Shown here piece after piece: positions 1 to 8,789 of a DNA stretch of 64,000 bases (positions are counted from its first letter, which is position 1; the number at the start of each line of letters is the position of its first letter). The position numbers and the translations under genes were made by a program. Under the pieces are notes generated by a model. The model did not search any database, was not told where the DNA came from, and worked only from the letters and a program-made list of their open reading frames with translations. The DNA is from an uncultured Candidatus Rokubacteria bacterium (GTDB lineage Bacteria > Methylomirabilota > Methylomirabilia > Rokubacteriales > CSP1-6): assembly GCA_963789955.1 (NCBI GenBank), contig CAWBMV010000006.1, forward strand, positions 1 through 64,000, in the 5' to 3' direction.

Positions 1-119
1 TGGACGACGCCGAGCACCACCTCAGGCGGGTGATGGATGAGCAGACTCGTGGATCCGGCAATGTCGACAAAGAGCGTCGCGAGCCACCTCCGCACGGGCG
101 ACGCCTTAGGCGCGGGAGG
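1..119 (-). CDS. Class III adenylate/guanylate cyclase domain protein, N-terminal part (runs off window start)
   Basis: Hand translation of the minus strand gives VRRWLATLFVDIAGSTSLL, matching the first metal-binding motif of class III cyclases (TxLFxDIxGST). Start is uncertain: GTG at 95, or ATG at 174 with a frameshift. Confidence 0.55.
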
Positions 120-173
120 TCATGGTAACCGACACGTCGACTTTGTCGGTGTAGTCCTTCGTCGGGGCGCTCA

Positions 174-405
174 TCACGCAGCACCTTGTTTCTTCACTTG
201 GTCACGGAGTTCCTCCAGTTCCCTGCGGAGTCGCGCTGCCTCCTCGCTATCGTTGTGATGCGGTCCTATGCACATGAAGCGGCCGCCACCGGCTCCATCA
301 TGCGGACCATGGCGATCACGAAGAAGAGGCAGATGAGCAGGCCGACCACCGGGAAGATCACCCAAAACCCCACACCGGTCCCGTCCACGGTCCCGGTCCC
401 CACAT
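174..405 (-). CDS. Small single-pass membrane protein with C-terminal coiled coil (two frameshifts)
   Basis: Joining three frames gives MWGPGPWTGPVWGF-WVIFPVVGLLICLFFVIAMVRMM-GAGGGRFMCIGPHHNDSEEAARLRRELEELRDQVKKQGAA. RBS AAGGAAGG lies just upstream of ATG 405. Confidence 0.6.
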
Positions 406-436
406 GGCCGACCTTCCTTTCCATCGGAAGTCCCTG

Positions 437-452
437 TGCAGGACCGATACCA
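437..452 (-). promoter_or_regulatory. sigma54 (-24/-12) promoter
   Basis: Minus strand TGGTATCGGTCCTGCA = GG-N10-GC, about 30 bp upstream of ATG 405. Confidence 0.6.
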
Positions 453-505
453 CCTCCTCGGGGCACGGAAATGAGCGGTTCAGAAGGATTCGGTTGAGAG
501 ACATT

Positions 506-552
506 TGCCCCGGGCCGGGGCAGCCCTGCCTCAGCCGCCCCACAATGGGACA
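506..552. promoter_or_regulatory. Two 7-3-7 dyads, putative enhancer (UAS) for a sigma54 activator
   Basis: TGCCCCG-GGC-CGGGGCA (506-522, perfect) and CGCCCCA-CAA-TGGGACA (536-552). Centres are 30 bp apart, roughly 90-120 bp upstream of the predicted start site. Confidence 0.45.
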
Positions 553-695
553 CACCATGTGGTCGAAGACCGCCTGAGAGAGTTGAGGCGATCGAGCTGG
601 ATCGGCCTGATACTCCGACCTGAATGCGAGGTAGCGGACTAACTCCAGACCGACGATGCCTGCAAGTGCGGCTAGAGTTCTGAGGGCTAGCGAAG

Positions 696-1093
696 GATGA
701 GCTCGCTGCGGCCCGGCGGAGCTTCGGCTTTGAAACGACACTCGCAAGTCGATCCTTCAGCCCGAGAATCCGCACTCTGATCAGGGCTGGATATCAGTGC
801 CACCTGGTCTTTCTCTGGCTGCCAAGCGCGGACTTCGCGGTGGCGCGGGTGGCGGATCGGGTGCGCCTCGGGGGTCACGCGGTACCAGAGAAGAAACGGT
901 TCGTCGTCGGTATCGCTCGGGTTTGCGTAACTTCTTCGGCCTCTATCAAGCTTTGACCACGACGTGGCGGATATACGACAATTCAGTACACGAGCCGCGG
1001 TTGATCGCCTCGGGCGCTCGCACAGAGACGCTGGCCGTTGACGACGCTGATCTCTGGCGACGCATCCGGGCGGAGGCAAGCAATGAAGACTAA
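696..1093 (+). pseudogene. 5'-truncated zeta-toxin-like / COG4185 predicted ATPase
   Basis: SFGFETTLASRS...HLVFLWLPSADFAVARVADRVRLGGHAVP, then after a frameshift EETVRRRYRSGLRNFFGLYQ...WRIYDNS. The N-terminal Walker A is absent. Confidence 0.7.
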
Positions 1094-1475
1094 GCAGGGG
1101 AGCCGCATAGGTCAGATCTTCGCGGATGGTCGTCAGATCGATGAAGCATTGCGCCTGGCTGCCCGTGACGCCATTCGAAAACACGCCCTCCATAACGCGC
1201 CAGTCGTCATCTGGCGTGATGGCCGTATCGCTTGGGTGCCCGCTCGGGAGCTGGCGCGAAATTCCAGCGAAAGTCCACCCGAAAGGCGACGCGCTCACCC
1301 GGCGTGGCCGCTGACCGGCCTCACTCGCGGCTGGGGAGAGGATCCTCTCCAGCTCCTCCATCAGACAAGACTCGACGTGATACGACACGCACAGCTCCTC
1401 GCGCGCTCGAGTCATCCCGATGTAGAGCAACCGCCGCGCCTCCACGTCTCCACGCCCCTCCCACCTCGTGCGTAG
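1083..1475 (+). CDS. Small partner protein of the COG4185 ATPase (putative antitoxin); true end probably near 1300
   Basis: ATG overlaps the end of the ATPase. IDEALRLAARDAIRKHALHNAPVVIWRDGRIAWVP is typical of the small genes that follow this ATPase family. Confidence 0.55.
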   Translation: MKTKQGSRIGQIFADGRQIDEALRLAARDAIRKHALHNAPVVIWRDGRIAWVPARELARNSSESPPERRRAHPAWPLTGLTRGWGEDPLQLLHQTRLDVIRHAQLLARSSHPDVEQPPRLHVSTPLPPRA

Positions 1476-1617
1476 CGAACAGCGGAAGCGCAAGCGGCGT
1501 CGAGTCCCTTGGCGCTATGGATGGTCGAAACCGCTCTGCGCCGGGTAGCTGATCCGTCGGAAGGAAGCACGCGGAGATGCCCTCCTCTCCGAGCCACACG
1601 GTCAGGCTCTCACCCAA
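1310..1617 (-). pseudogene. C-terminal remnant of a superfamily 1 (UvrD-like) helicase
   Basis: Motif V TIHSAKGL and motif VI RRLLYIGMTRAREEL lie in different frames. The rest of the helicase is missing. Confidence 0.7.
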
Positions 1618-1744
1618 AGGCCATCAGCTCAAATCCGCACCTAAAGGATCTTTCTGACCCGATTGGGTGAAAAGCCCCATGGAATCCTGGCGTGGCACTT
1701 CCCATCCTGGTTAGTGATGGAAATCCTTGCCAAGGAGTCCAGTC

Positions 1745-2630
1745 ATGACGCGGCGACTAGTTTCGTTGATCCTCTGTGGCGGCGTTGCCACGCTCAGCGG
1801 TGCCTGCGCGACGAAGAGCTCCTACGGGAGGAGGTCGGTGAGACGGAGCGCAAGATTACCGAGCAGATGACCACGACCGAGAATGCCCAGGAGGCGAAGC
1901 TGCGTGAAACCGCTGAGCGCGCCGGGGAAACCCGGCAGGCGGTCGACGTTGCCGACCAGCGAATCAACGGCCTCGATGTGCGGGTGAGTGAGGCGGACGC
2001 CCGCCGCGGCCGGCGGCGCCGAAGCAGGGGCGCGCGATGTCGAAGCTCGGCTCTCGCAGCGCTTCGCGACTCGCAACCGATACCGGCTCGTGGAAACGAA
2101 ATCCGTCTACTTCGATTCCGGTCAGACTGAAGTCCGGAGCCAGGACGCCGATGAGCTCGAGTCCGTCGCCAAGGCTCTCATGGCTGACCCCTAATGCGGT
2201 CGTCGAGCTGCAGGGCTTCGCCGATGTGCGCGGGAGCGACCGATTCGATCGCGAGCTCGCTCGCGAACGCGTCGAGGCCGTGATGCGATATCTCGTGCAG
2301 CAACACGGCATCGAGCTGCGCCAGGCGAGAGCGATTTCCATGGGCAAGGCGACGCTGGCGACAGGCGAGAAGCCAAGCCCGGAGATCCTTGCTAAGGCCC
2401 GGCGTGTGGACATCCGGCTGCTCGCCCCGTGGTCCTCCTGGGAAGATAATTTGAGCGAGGTCGACTCGACAGCCCCGTCGCGCAGCGCGACGGTCAGCCC
2501 TGAGCCGCGGAGCTCCGAGACGATCTCTGCTGTGCCCGTCAGGGTCACACCCGTGCAGCCGGCGCCGGTCCGGAGAGGGGTGCCAGAGTTCCTCAAGACC
2601 ATCACGCCAGGTGATCTTGGCGGTAACTGA
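1745..2630 (+). CDS. OmpA-family lipoprotein with coiled-coil N-terminus (frameshifted)
   Basis: RBS AAGGAG, signal peptide ending LSGAC, coiled coil, then an OmpA_C-like domain (VYFDSG...VELQGFADVRG...LARERVEAVMRYL...ARRVDI) across three frames. Confidence 0.75.
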
Positions 2631-2680
2631 AGACTGCCGCGCGACGCTCGCGCTGCGCCACTGGCTGGCCGACGACGCGG

Positions 2681-2933
2681 CTACAGGCCGAAGTCTTCCT
2701 TGGGGATGCCGGCTCGCCTGACAGAGGCTTTCGACCGCCGCCCTGGTGAGTCGGTCACTTTCGCGCATCAACGGTAGGTCCACTAGCTTCGGAGAGGCAC
2801 CGGCCCCACGCCGTAGGTAGACGATGCGCGCGCCGAGCTCTGGAATGTGAATGGTGTGTTTCGTATAGCCATACGCTCGAGCGCGAGCGATGAATTCCCC
2901 CAGAGTGGGCATCTGGGAGAAGGCTCGAACCAC
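2681..2933 (-). CDS. Small basic protein, HicA-like toxin candidate (frameshift near 2718)
   Basis: About 83 aa ending LTRAAVESLC..AGIPKEDFGL, similar to the HicA C-terminal helices. It lies 3 bp downstream of a HicB-like gene. Confidence 0.4.
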
Positions 2934-2936
2934 GAA

Positions 2937-3314
2937 CTAGGCGGCGCTTGGAGCGGCGATGCGAACTTGGGGTGGTGCGACCACGACGCCGCGGGACCTC
3001 AGCACGCCGAGCTTGAACCACGTCGCCGGGAGCTTCAGTCGCGACTGTCGAAACATCGCCCAGTACTTCTCAGGTGCTCGCGGGAGGTCGCGGAAGGGCT
3101 GCTGCTTGTGGCGGAGTCGCACCACTATGTGGCCGACGATGAGCTTCTGTAGCGCCCGAGAGAGCTGTTGCAGGCTCTTGGCCTGCACTACCAGGTCGTA
3201 TTCCAGGCACTGCGCGCACAACCATTCACCCTCCTGGAACACGACCGCCCGAATCGCGTACTTCCTAGTCGCGCGAGGTTTGCTGCCCATGCTGACCACG
3301 GTATCACTACGCAT
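2937..3314 (-). CDS. HicB-like antitoxin domain protein
   Basis: AVVFQEGEWLCAQCLEYDLVVQAKSLQQL resembles the HicB N-terminal partial RNase H fold. Confidence 0.55.
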   Translation of the reverse strand: MRSDTVVSMGSKPRATRKYAIRAVVFQEGEWLCAQCLEYDLVVQAKSLQQLSRALQKLIVGHIVVRLRHKQQPFRDLPRAPEKYWAMFRQSRLKLPATWFKLGVLRSRGVVVAPPQVRIAAPSAA

Positions 3315-3651
3315 GGCACGGGCTCAAAGTGGGCTCCATGGAGCTCGGATGGCGACGCGAGCGGAACGCGGTTCGCTCGCCGACGCGGACTAGGTAGAAC
3401 GGGCCCTCCCTCTGCTCGAGCTCAACTTGCCGATAGGCGGCCTCGGGCGACTCGGCTATGAAGACGTTCTCCGTTCGAATATCGATCAGAACGTATTGAC
3501 CTGGATGATGACGCTCGAAGTCGCGCCGGTGGCGCTCATAGACCCTGCGGCCAGCCTCGGCGATCTCCAGAGCATTGAATCCTGTGGGCTGGGCGTCGTC
3601 ACTACCCGCTGTTCTCCACTTCCCCTTGCCTTTGCGTGGTCGTGAAGCCAT
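3307..3651 (-). CDS. DUF5678-like small protein
   Basis: YERHRRDFERHHPGQYVLIDIRTENVFIAESPEAAY pattern. The ORF overlaps the downstream gene start. Confidence 0.5.
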   Translation of the reverse strand: MASRPRKGKGKWRTAGSDDAQPTGFNALEIAEAGRRVYERHRRDFERHHPGQYVLIDIRTENVFIAESPEAAYRQVELEQREGPFYLVRVGERTAFRSRRHPSSMEPTLSPCHA

Positions 3652-3795
3652 CAGGATGAGTTTATTCAGCGGAGAGCAGTCGCGTCAATGTGCGCGTGAT
3701 GATACAGCGGACACAACCTCCTCCATCAGGCGAGACTTGCCGTGCCGCGCACCCTCGACTTCCTCTTCTCGCGCGGAGATGGCGACGCGACCGTG

Positions 3796-5052
3796 CTAAG
3801 GACGCGTACCCTCGATCGCGCCGATGTCGCAGCCCTTGGCCGTCCGCCGGTGCCCTCGTTGATCGGTCGGCAGGCACGCTCCGGCGTCGCCCGCGTTGAG
3901 CGCTGGACTGCGCCGCAAGAGCGGTAGGAACCCGTGGCCCGGCGTCCCGTCGTCGGTGAAGTCTCCGAGCCGCGGGTCGCCCGAGAGGTCACCCGAGAGC
4001 AACCCGACGGCGCAGCTGGAGTCAGAGAACAGGTTGTTGCCCAGCGAAGTGACCTGACCGAAGCAGGCCGGGTGGCCGAGAATTTGGCGGCCGGAAACGA
4101 TCGTGTTGTAAACAGCTAGCGCGCTGCTGGCGAACAAGGCCTCGCCGCCGACGGGAATATCGTTATTGGCGATGGTGGTGTTGATGATGATCCCGCCTCC
4201 GCCTGAGTCTGCGAGTCCCCCTCCTCCAAAGTTGGTGAAGTTACCCGTGAGCGTGCTGTTGATGATGGCTACGGGGGATTCGGAGAAGACGCCGCCGCCG
4301 CTGCCGTCCGTGGAGATGTTGTCGGCGATCGTGCTGCCGATGATGATCGCCATCTGGCCGCCAATGAAAAGGCCGCCGCCAAGATTGCCCGTGTTGCCAC
4401 TGATCGTGCTGTCGACGACCGTCAGCAGCCCGCCGAGGGTGAAGACCCCCCCGCCGAACCCGCCTGCGGAGTTATGAGACACGGTGCTCCCCGCGATGAC
4501 CAGCCTGCCAACGCTGACTATGCCGCCGCCACCGCCGGCATCGGCGCCCCTGGTCATACAATCGGTCAGCGCGCTCTGGCTGAGGATTGCAGTACCGCGA
4601 TTGAGGATCCCCGCGCCACCAGAGGACATCCCCGTGACGCGGCCACCCCTCGCCGTGAGGCGTTCGAGTTTCAGGAGACCGGTTGCCGCGACGTGCAACA
4701 AACGGAAGTCCGGGGCCGTAGGGTCCCGTTCGATGATCGTGGTGCCGACCCCGGCTCCGACGATCGTCAGTGCACTGATGATCGAGGGGAGACCATTCGG
4801 TCCGTCCGTGTCATTGTCCGGCGCCCTCAAGGAGTAGGTCCCGGGCTGCAGCTGGATCGTATTGGTTCCGCCGCTCGCGTTTGCCGTATTGACGGCGGCG
4901 ATCAGGCAGGCCACGTCCCCGGAGGCACACTCGACGACCGCCGCGGTGCAGGGGCGCGCCAGTCCCAGAGCCACCGCGAGCCCCACGACGATTACGCTCA
5001 GCGCCCACCCGCGTTCCCAACTGACTCCGACAGCACTGTCCCGGCTAGGCAT
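3796..5052 (-). CDS. Secreted right-handed beta-helix repeat protein with choice-of-anchor Q-like C-terminus
   Basis: AGGAGG RBS before ATG 5052, signal peptide, repeated STISGNxxxxGGG units, C-terminal SPALNAG...TDQRG...CDIGAIE. Confidence 0.8.
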   Translation of the reverse strand: MPSRDSAVGVSWERGWALSVIVVGLAVALGLARPCTAAVVECASGDVACLIAAVNTANASGGTNTIQLQPGTYSLRAPDNDTDGPNGLPSIISALTIVGAGVGTTIIERDPTAPDFRLLHVAATGLLKLERLTARGGRVTGMSSGGAGILNRGTAILSQSALTDCMTRGADAGGGGGIVSVGRLVIAGSTVSHNSAGGFGGGVFTLGGLLTVVDSTISGNTGNLGGGLFIGGQMAIIIGSTIADNISTDGSGGGVFSESPVAIINSTLTGNFTNFGGGGLADSGGGGIIINTTIANNDIPVGGEALFASSALAVYNTIVSGRQILGHPACFGQVTSLGNNLFSDSSCAVGLLSGDLSGDPRLGDFTDDGTPGHGFLPLLRRSPALNAGDAGACLPTDQRGHRRTAKGCDIGAIEGTRP

Positions 5053-5236
5053 CGCTGACCTCCTGGTGTTCGCGTCATCCCAGCGAACCCGAAAATCCGC
5101 TCGGCTTCGGTCCGAAGGATCAATGCGTAGCTCAGATCGGCACGGCTCGAAATTGGACCTGGGTGCGAAGCGCATACTTCTTTGGGCTCTTTGGACTCAT
5201 CCGAAAGGATCGGGGGGCGAGTATCCTACGCGTGCC

Positions 5237-6619
5237 ATGGCCACCCGGCGTCCCCGACGACCCGGTAATGACCTGACCGCGCAGGCCCGTCGCGCCGGCG
5301 TCCGCCTCGTGCGCTTCCTCTACACCGACAACGGCGGCATCACGCGCGGCAAGGCCACGCACGTGGACGGGCTCGCGCAGCGGCTCGACCGACGGCATCG
5401 GCCTCACGGTGGCCATGCAGGCGATGAACATGCTCGACCAGCTCCAGCCCGTCGAGGGCATGGGCCCGGTCGGCGAGATCCGCCTGGTCCCCGATCCCGC
5501 AGACGTTCACGCGTGCTGCCCGTACGCGCCGCACGCGGCGGCCATGACGAGCGACATGCGCACGCTCGACGGCGCGCCCTGGGAGGCCTGCCCGCGCGCG
5601 TTCCTCAAGCGGCAGATCGCCGCCTGCGCCGCGGCGGGCTTCAGCGTGCGGGCCGCCTTCGAGTGCGAGTTCACCCTGGCCGTGAAGCAGCCCGACGGCG
5701 GCTTCGCGCCGCTCGACGAGAGCCTCTGCTTCTCCACCATCGGCATGACGACGGCGGCGCCCGTGATGGACGACATCGTGGCCGCGCTCGAGGCGCAGCG
5801 CATTCAGGTCGAGCAGTACTACCCGGAGCTCGGCCACGGCCAGCAGGAGCTGTCGATCGGCCACGCGCCGGCGCTCGAGGCCGCCGACCGCCAGGTCTTC
5901 TATCGCGAGACGGTGCGGGCCGTGGCCTACCGCCACGGGCTCTGTGGCCTCGCTCGCGCCCAAGCCGTTCGTCGACCAGGCCGGCAACGGCGCGCACATC
6001 CACTTCAGCCTGTGGGACGCGGCGGGCCGCCGATCCCGCATGTACGACCCGCGAGGGCCGCTACGGCGTGAGCGCGCTCGGCTATCACTTCATCGCGGGC
6101 GTGCTCGAGCACCTGCCGGCGCTGCTCGCGCTCACGTGTCCGAGCGTGAACTCGTACCGCCGCCTGCAGCCGCACTTCTGGAGCTCCGCCTACACGGCGT
6201 GGGGACCGGACAATCGCGAGGCGGCGGTGCGCGTGCCCTCGACGTTTCCCTCCGACCGCGCCGGCTCGACCAACGCCGAGCTCAAGGCGTCGGACTCGTC
6301 GTCGAATCCCTACCTCGGCGCTGGGCGGACTGCTCGCGGCCGGGCTCGACGGCGTCACGCGCAAGCTCGAGCCGGGCGAGCCCGTGCTCGTCGACCCGGG
6401 CGACCTACTCCGAGAGCGAGCGGCAGAAGCGCGGGATCCAGCGGTATCCGACCACGCTTGCGCGCGGCGCTCGACCAGCTGGAGGCCGACGCCGTGCTCA
6501 TGCGGGCCCTCGGCCCGATGCTGGCCCGCGCGTTCCTGGCCGTGAAGCGCTCGGAGGCCGAGGCGTTCGGCAAGGAGAGCGCGGACTTCGAGACGAAGCA
6601 TCACTTCTGGAAGTTCTGA
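5237..6619 (+). CDS. Glutamine synthetase-like gamma-glutamyl ligase (frameshifted)
   Basis: RFLYTDNGGITRGK, ECEF, YYPELGHGQQE, PKPF...GNGAHIHFSLW, PSVNSYRRL, WGPDNREAAVRVP, ELKASDSSSNPYL. Confidence 0.85.
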   Translation: MATRRPRRPGNDLTAQARRAGVRLVRFLYTDNGGITRGKATHVDGLAQRLDRRHRPHGGHAGDEHARPAPARRGHGPGRRDPPGPRSRRRSRVLPVRAARGGHDERHAHARRRALGGLPARVPQAADRRLRRGGLQRAGRLRVRVHPGREAARRRLRAARREPLLLHHRHDDGGARDGRHRGRARGAAHSGRAVLPGARPRPAGAVDRPRAGARGRRPPGLLSRDGAGRGLPPRALWPRSRPSRSSTRPATARTSTSACGTRRAADPACTTREGRYGVSALGYHFIAGVLEHLPALLALTCPSVNSYRRLQPHFWSSAYTAWGPDNREAAVRVPSTFPSDRAGSTNAELKASDSSSNPYLGAGRTARGRARRRHAQARAGRARARRPGRPTPRASGRSAGSSGIRPRLRAALDQLEADAVLMRALGPMLARAFLAVKRSEAEAFGKESADFETKHHFWKF

Positions 6620-7761
6620 GCTGGACCTCGAGCGCCGTCCCCATCCTCGACCAGCACTGCCACGCGCTCCTGCGCGACGGGACCGTCACCGACGCCGCCG
6701 TCTACGCGCGGTTCTTCACCGAGAGCGACGATCCGACGATGCACGCGCGCCACGCCCCGAAGACCATCTTCTACCGGTGGGCCATCAGGGAGCTCGCGGC
6801 GTTCCTGGGCTGCGCGCCGACGACCGAGGCCGTGCTCGCCGCGCGCGGCCGGCACGTCCGCTGACGCGCTGGCGCGGCGTCTGCTCGGCGAGGCGAACAT
6901 CGCCGTGCTGCTCGTCGATCACGGCTATCGCACCGACGCGACGTTGCCGCCGTCGGAGCTGGCGGCGCGGCTGCCGTGTCGCGTCTTGCCGCTCCTGCGC
7001 CTGGAGACGCTGGCGCAGGAGCTGATCGTCCGCCACGACACGTTCGACGCCGTGCTCGACGCCTACGTCGGCGACCGTCGAGCGCGCGCGGGCGGACGGC
7101 TACGTCGGCCTCAAGAGCATCGTCGCGTACCGCACCGGGCTCGCGGTGCAGCCGACGTCGCGCGCGCGATGCCGCCGCCGCGTTCGGCCCCGTGAAGGAG
7201 CGCGCGCGGCGCGACGGCCGGGTGCGTCTCGCCGACAAGCCACTCAACGACTACCTGCTCCTGCGCGCGCTCGAGATCGCCGAGCGGCAGGCGATGCCCG
7301 TGCAGTTCCACACCGGCTTCGGTGACGCCGATCTCGATCTTCGCGAGGCGAATCCGCTGCACCTGCGCCCGCTGCTCGAGAGCGGCCGCTACGCGAACGT
7401 GCCCTTCGTGCTCCTGCACGCGAGCTATCCCTACGTGCGCGAGCTCGGCTACCTGGCGGCCATGTACCCCAACGTCTGGGCCGACGTGGGCCTCGCCATC
7501 CCGCATCTCGCCGCGGAGATCCCGGCGATGCTGCGCCAGCTGCTGGGGCTCGCGCCGACGAGCAAGGTGGTCTACTCGAGCGACGCCTCGCAGATCCCCG
7601 AGCTCTTCTGGCTGGCCGCGCGCTGGGGGCGGCGCGGGCTCGGCACGGTGCTGGACGAGCTGATCGCCCTCGGCGCGCTCGACCCTGACGACGCGCTCGC
7701 GGTGGCGCGGCGGGTGCTCGGGGGAAACGCCGCCGCGATCTATGGGCTACCCTGGCGGTAG
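6620..7761 (+). CDS. Amidohydrolase family protein, FluG N-terminal type (frameshifted; start approximate)
   Basis: PILDQHCH (HxH), GLKSIVAYRTGL, VQFHTGFGDADL, VLLHASYPY, YSSDA. Confidence 0.8.
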
Positions 7762-7862
7762 AACGAATGTCGGCTCTCATGCTGGCGGATTCGTCATGAA
7801 GCCGCTATCCTCATCGTCGTGGCACTAGATTTCCCGGGCCCCCGCGCCATGGAGGATTCCTA

Positions 7863-8789
7863 ATGAAGATGACGATCGAGCCGGTGTCCGCGTTCAGCAG
7901 TCTCGACGTGCTGGTCGCCATGGACGAAGGCCTGTTCGGCGCCGAGGGACTCGATCTCCGCATGGCGTCGCGAGAGTCCCGCGACATCCGATCCACGACA
8001 GAAGGGACGTTGTCGAGCCCGGTGACGAATCAGGGACGGCTTCACGAACGCGGCGACGCCACGATGTTCCAGGGGTGAGAGTGCGGCAATAACCGCCGGG
8101 TGGCGGAAAGCCGGGTTGGTGCGCTTCAGATCGGTCGCCGGTCGATGATCGTCTGCGCGGCCCTCGTGGTTCCTCCCGACTCGAATGTCTACGTGCCTCA
8201 GGAGCTGGCACACCGGAAGGTGGGACTGGATTACGGCAATGGCACCGCCTACGCCGGGCTCCAGATGCTCGAAGGCGCCGTTCCACGGGACGCGATTTCG
8301 ACGTGCGCCGCCGTCATCCATCCAGGCGAGCGATTTGCGGCGATGCTGCGCGGCGAGTTCGACGCAACGGTTTTGCAAGAGCCATGGATCACCGTGGCCG
8401 AGAAGGCCGGCTGTCGTCTCGTCTCGACGACGTTCTTCCACGGGACATGGGTCGCCAGCCCCGACCTGGATCCCGCGCTCTACGCCGCGTTCCTCCGGGG
8501 CGTGACCCAGGCCGTTCGTCGCATCAAGGCCGACAAGCGTCGGTACGTGACGTACTTCAAGGAAGGTTGGGCCGCTGGTGACCCCGCGGTCCAGGCGCTG
8601 ACAGCCGACGACTTCAACCTGGGGCGCATCCAGCTCAGGGAGCCGACCCCGATTCCCGAAGACGAAGCGCGCTGGGCGTGGGACTGGATGGCGAGCTGGG
8701 GCGTGCTCCACGGCACGTTCGATGCCGCCAGCCAGATCAATCGCAAGGTCGAGCGGGAGGCGCACGAGCTCGCAGCGCTATCGGCCTGA
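7863..8789 (+). CDS. ABC substrate-binding protein (NMT1/SsuA/TauA-like) with in-frame UGA at 8076-8078, candidate selenoprotein
   Basis: GGAGG RBS. ORFs 7863..8078 and 8100..8789 share a frame and are separated only by one TGA. Family motifs include VAMDEGLFGAEGLD, ALVVPPDS...QELA and DATVLQEPWITVAEKAG. Confidence 0.75.
8076..8128 (+). promoter_or_regulatory. Putative bacterial SECIS hairpin
   Basis: Upper stem CCGCC/GGCGG (8093-8097 / 8102-8106) closes a G-starting loop GGGT, 19 nt after the UGA. A lower stem TGA(G)AGTGC / GCGCTTCA can include the UGA itself. Confidence 0.45.

Noticed and set aside
1659..1710. sigma54 promoter (TGGCACTTCCCATCCT) and dyad-like GATTGGGTGAAAAGCCCCA before the OmpA gene
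   Set aside because: The -12 GC is missing, and the dyad is degenerate and too close to act as an enhancer. Kept only as a weak resemblance to the 19.8/35.7-kb motif.
4150..4650. Gly-rich repeats as a DNA repeat array or CRISPR
   Set aside because: They are degenerate protein-level beta-helix repeats. No constant repeat-spacer structure or cas genes occur in the window.
5237..6619. Canonical glutamine synthetase glnA
   Set aside because: Divergent GS-like sequence paired with a FluG-type amidohydrolase, with no nitrogen-regulation context.
7820..7836. sigma54-like TGGCACTAGATTTCCC upstream of the UGA-containing gene
   Set aside because: The -12 position reads CC rather than the near-invariant GC.
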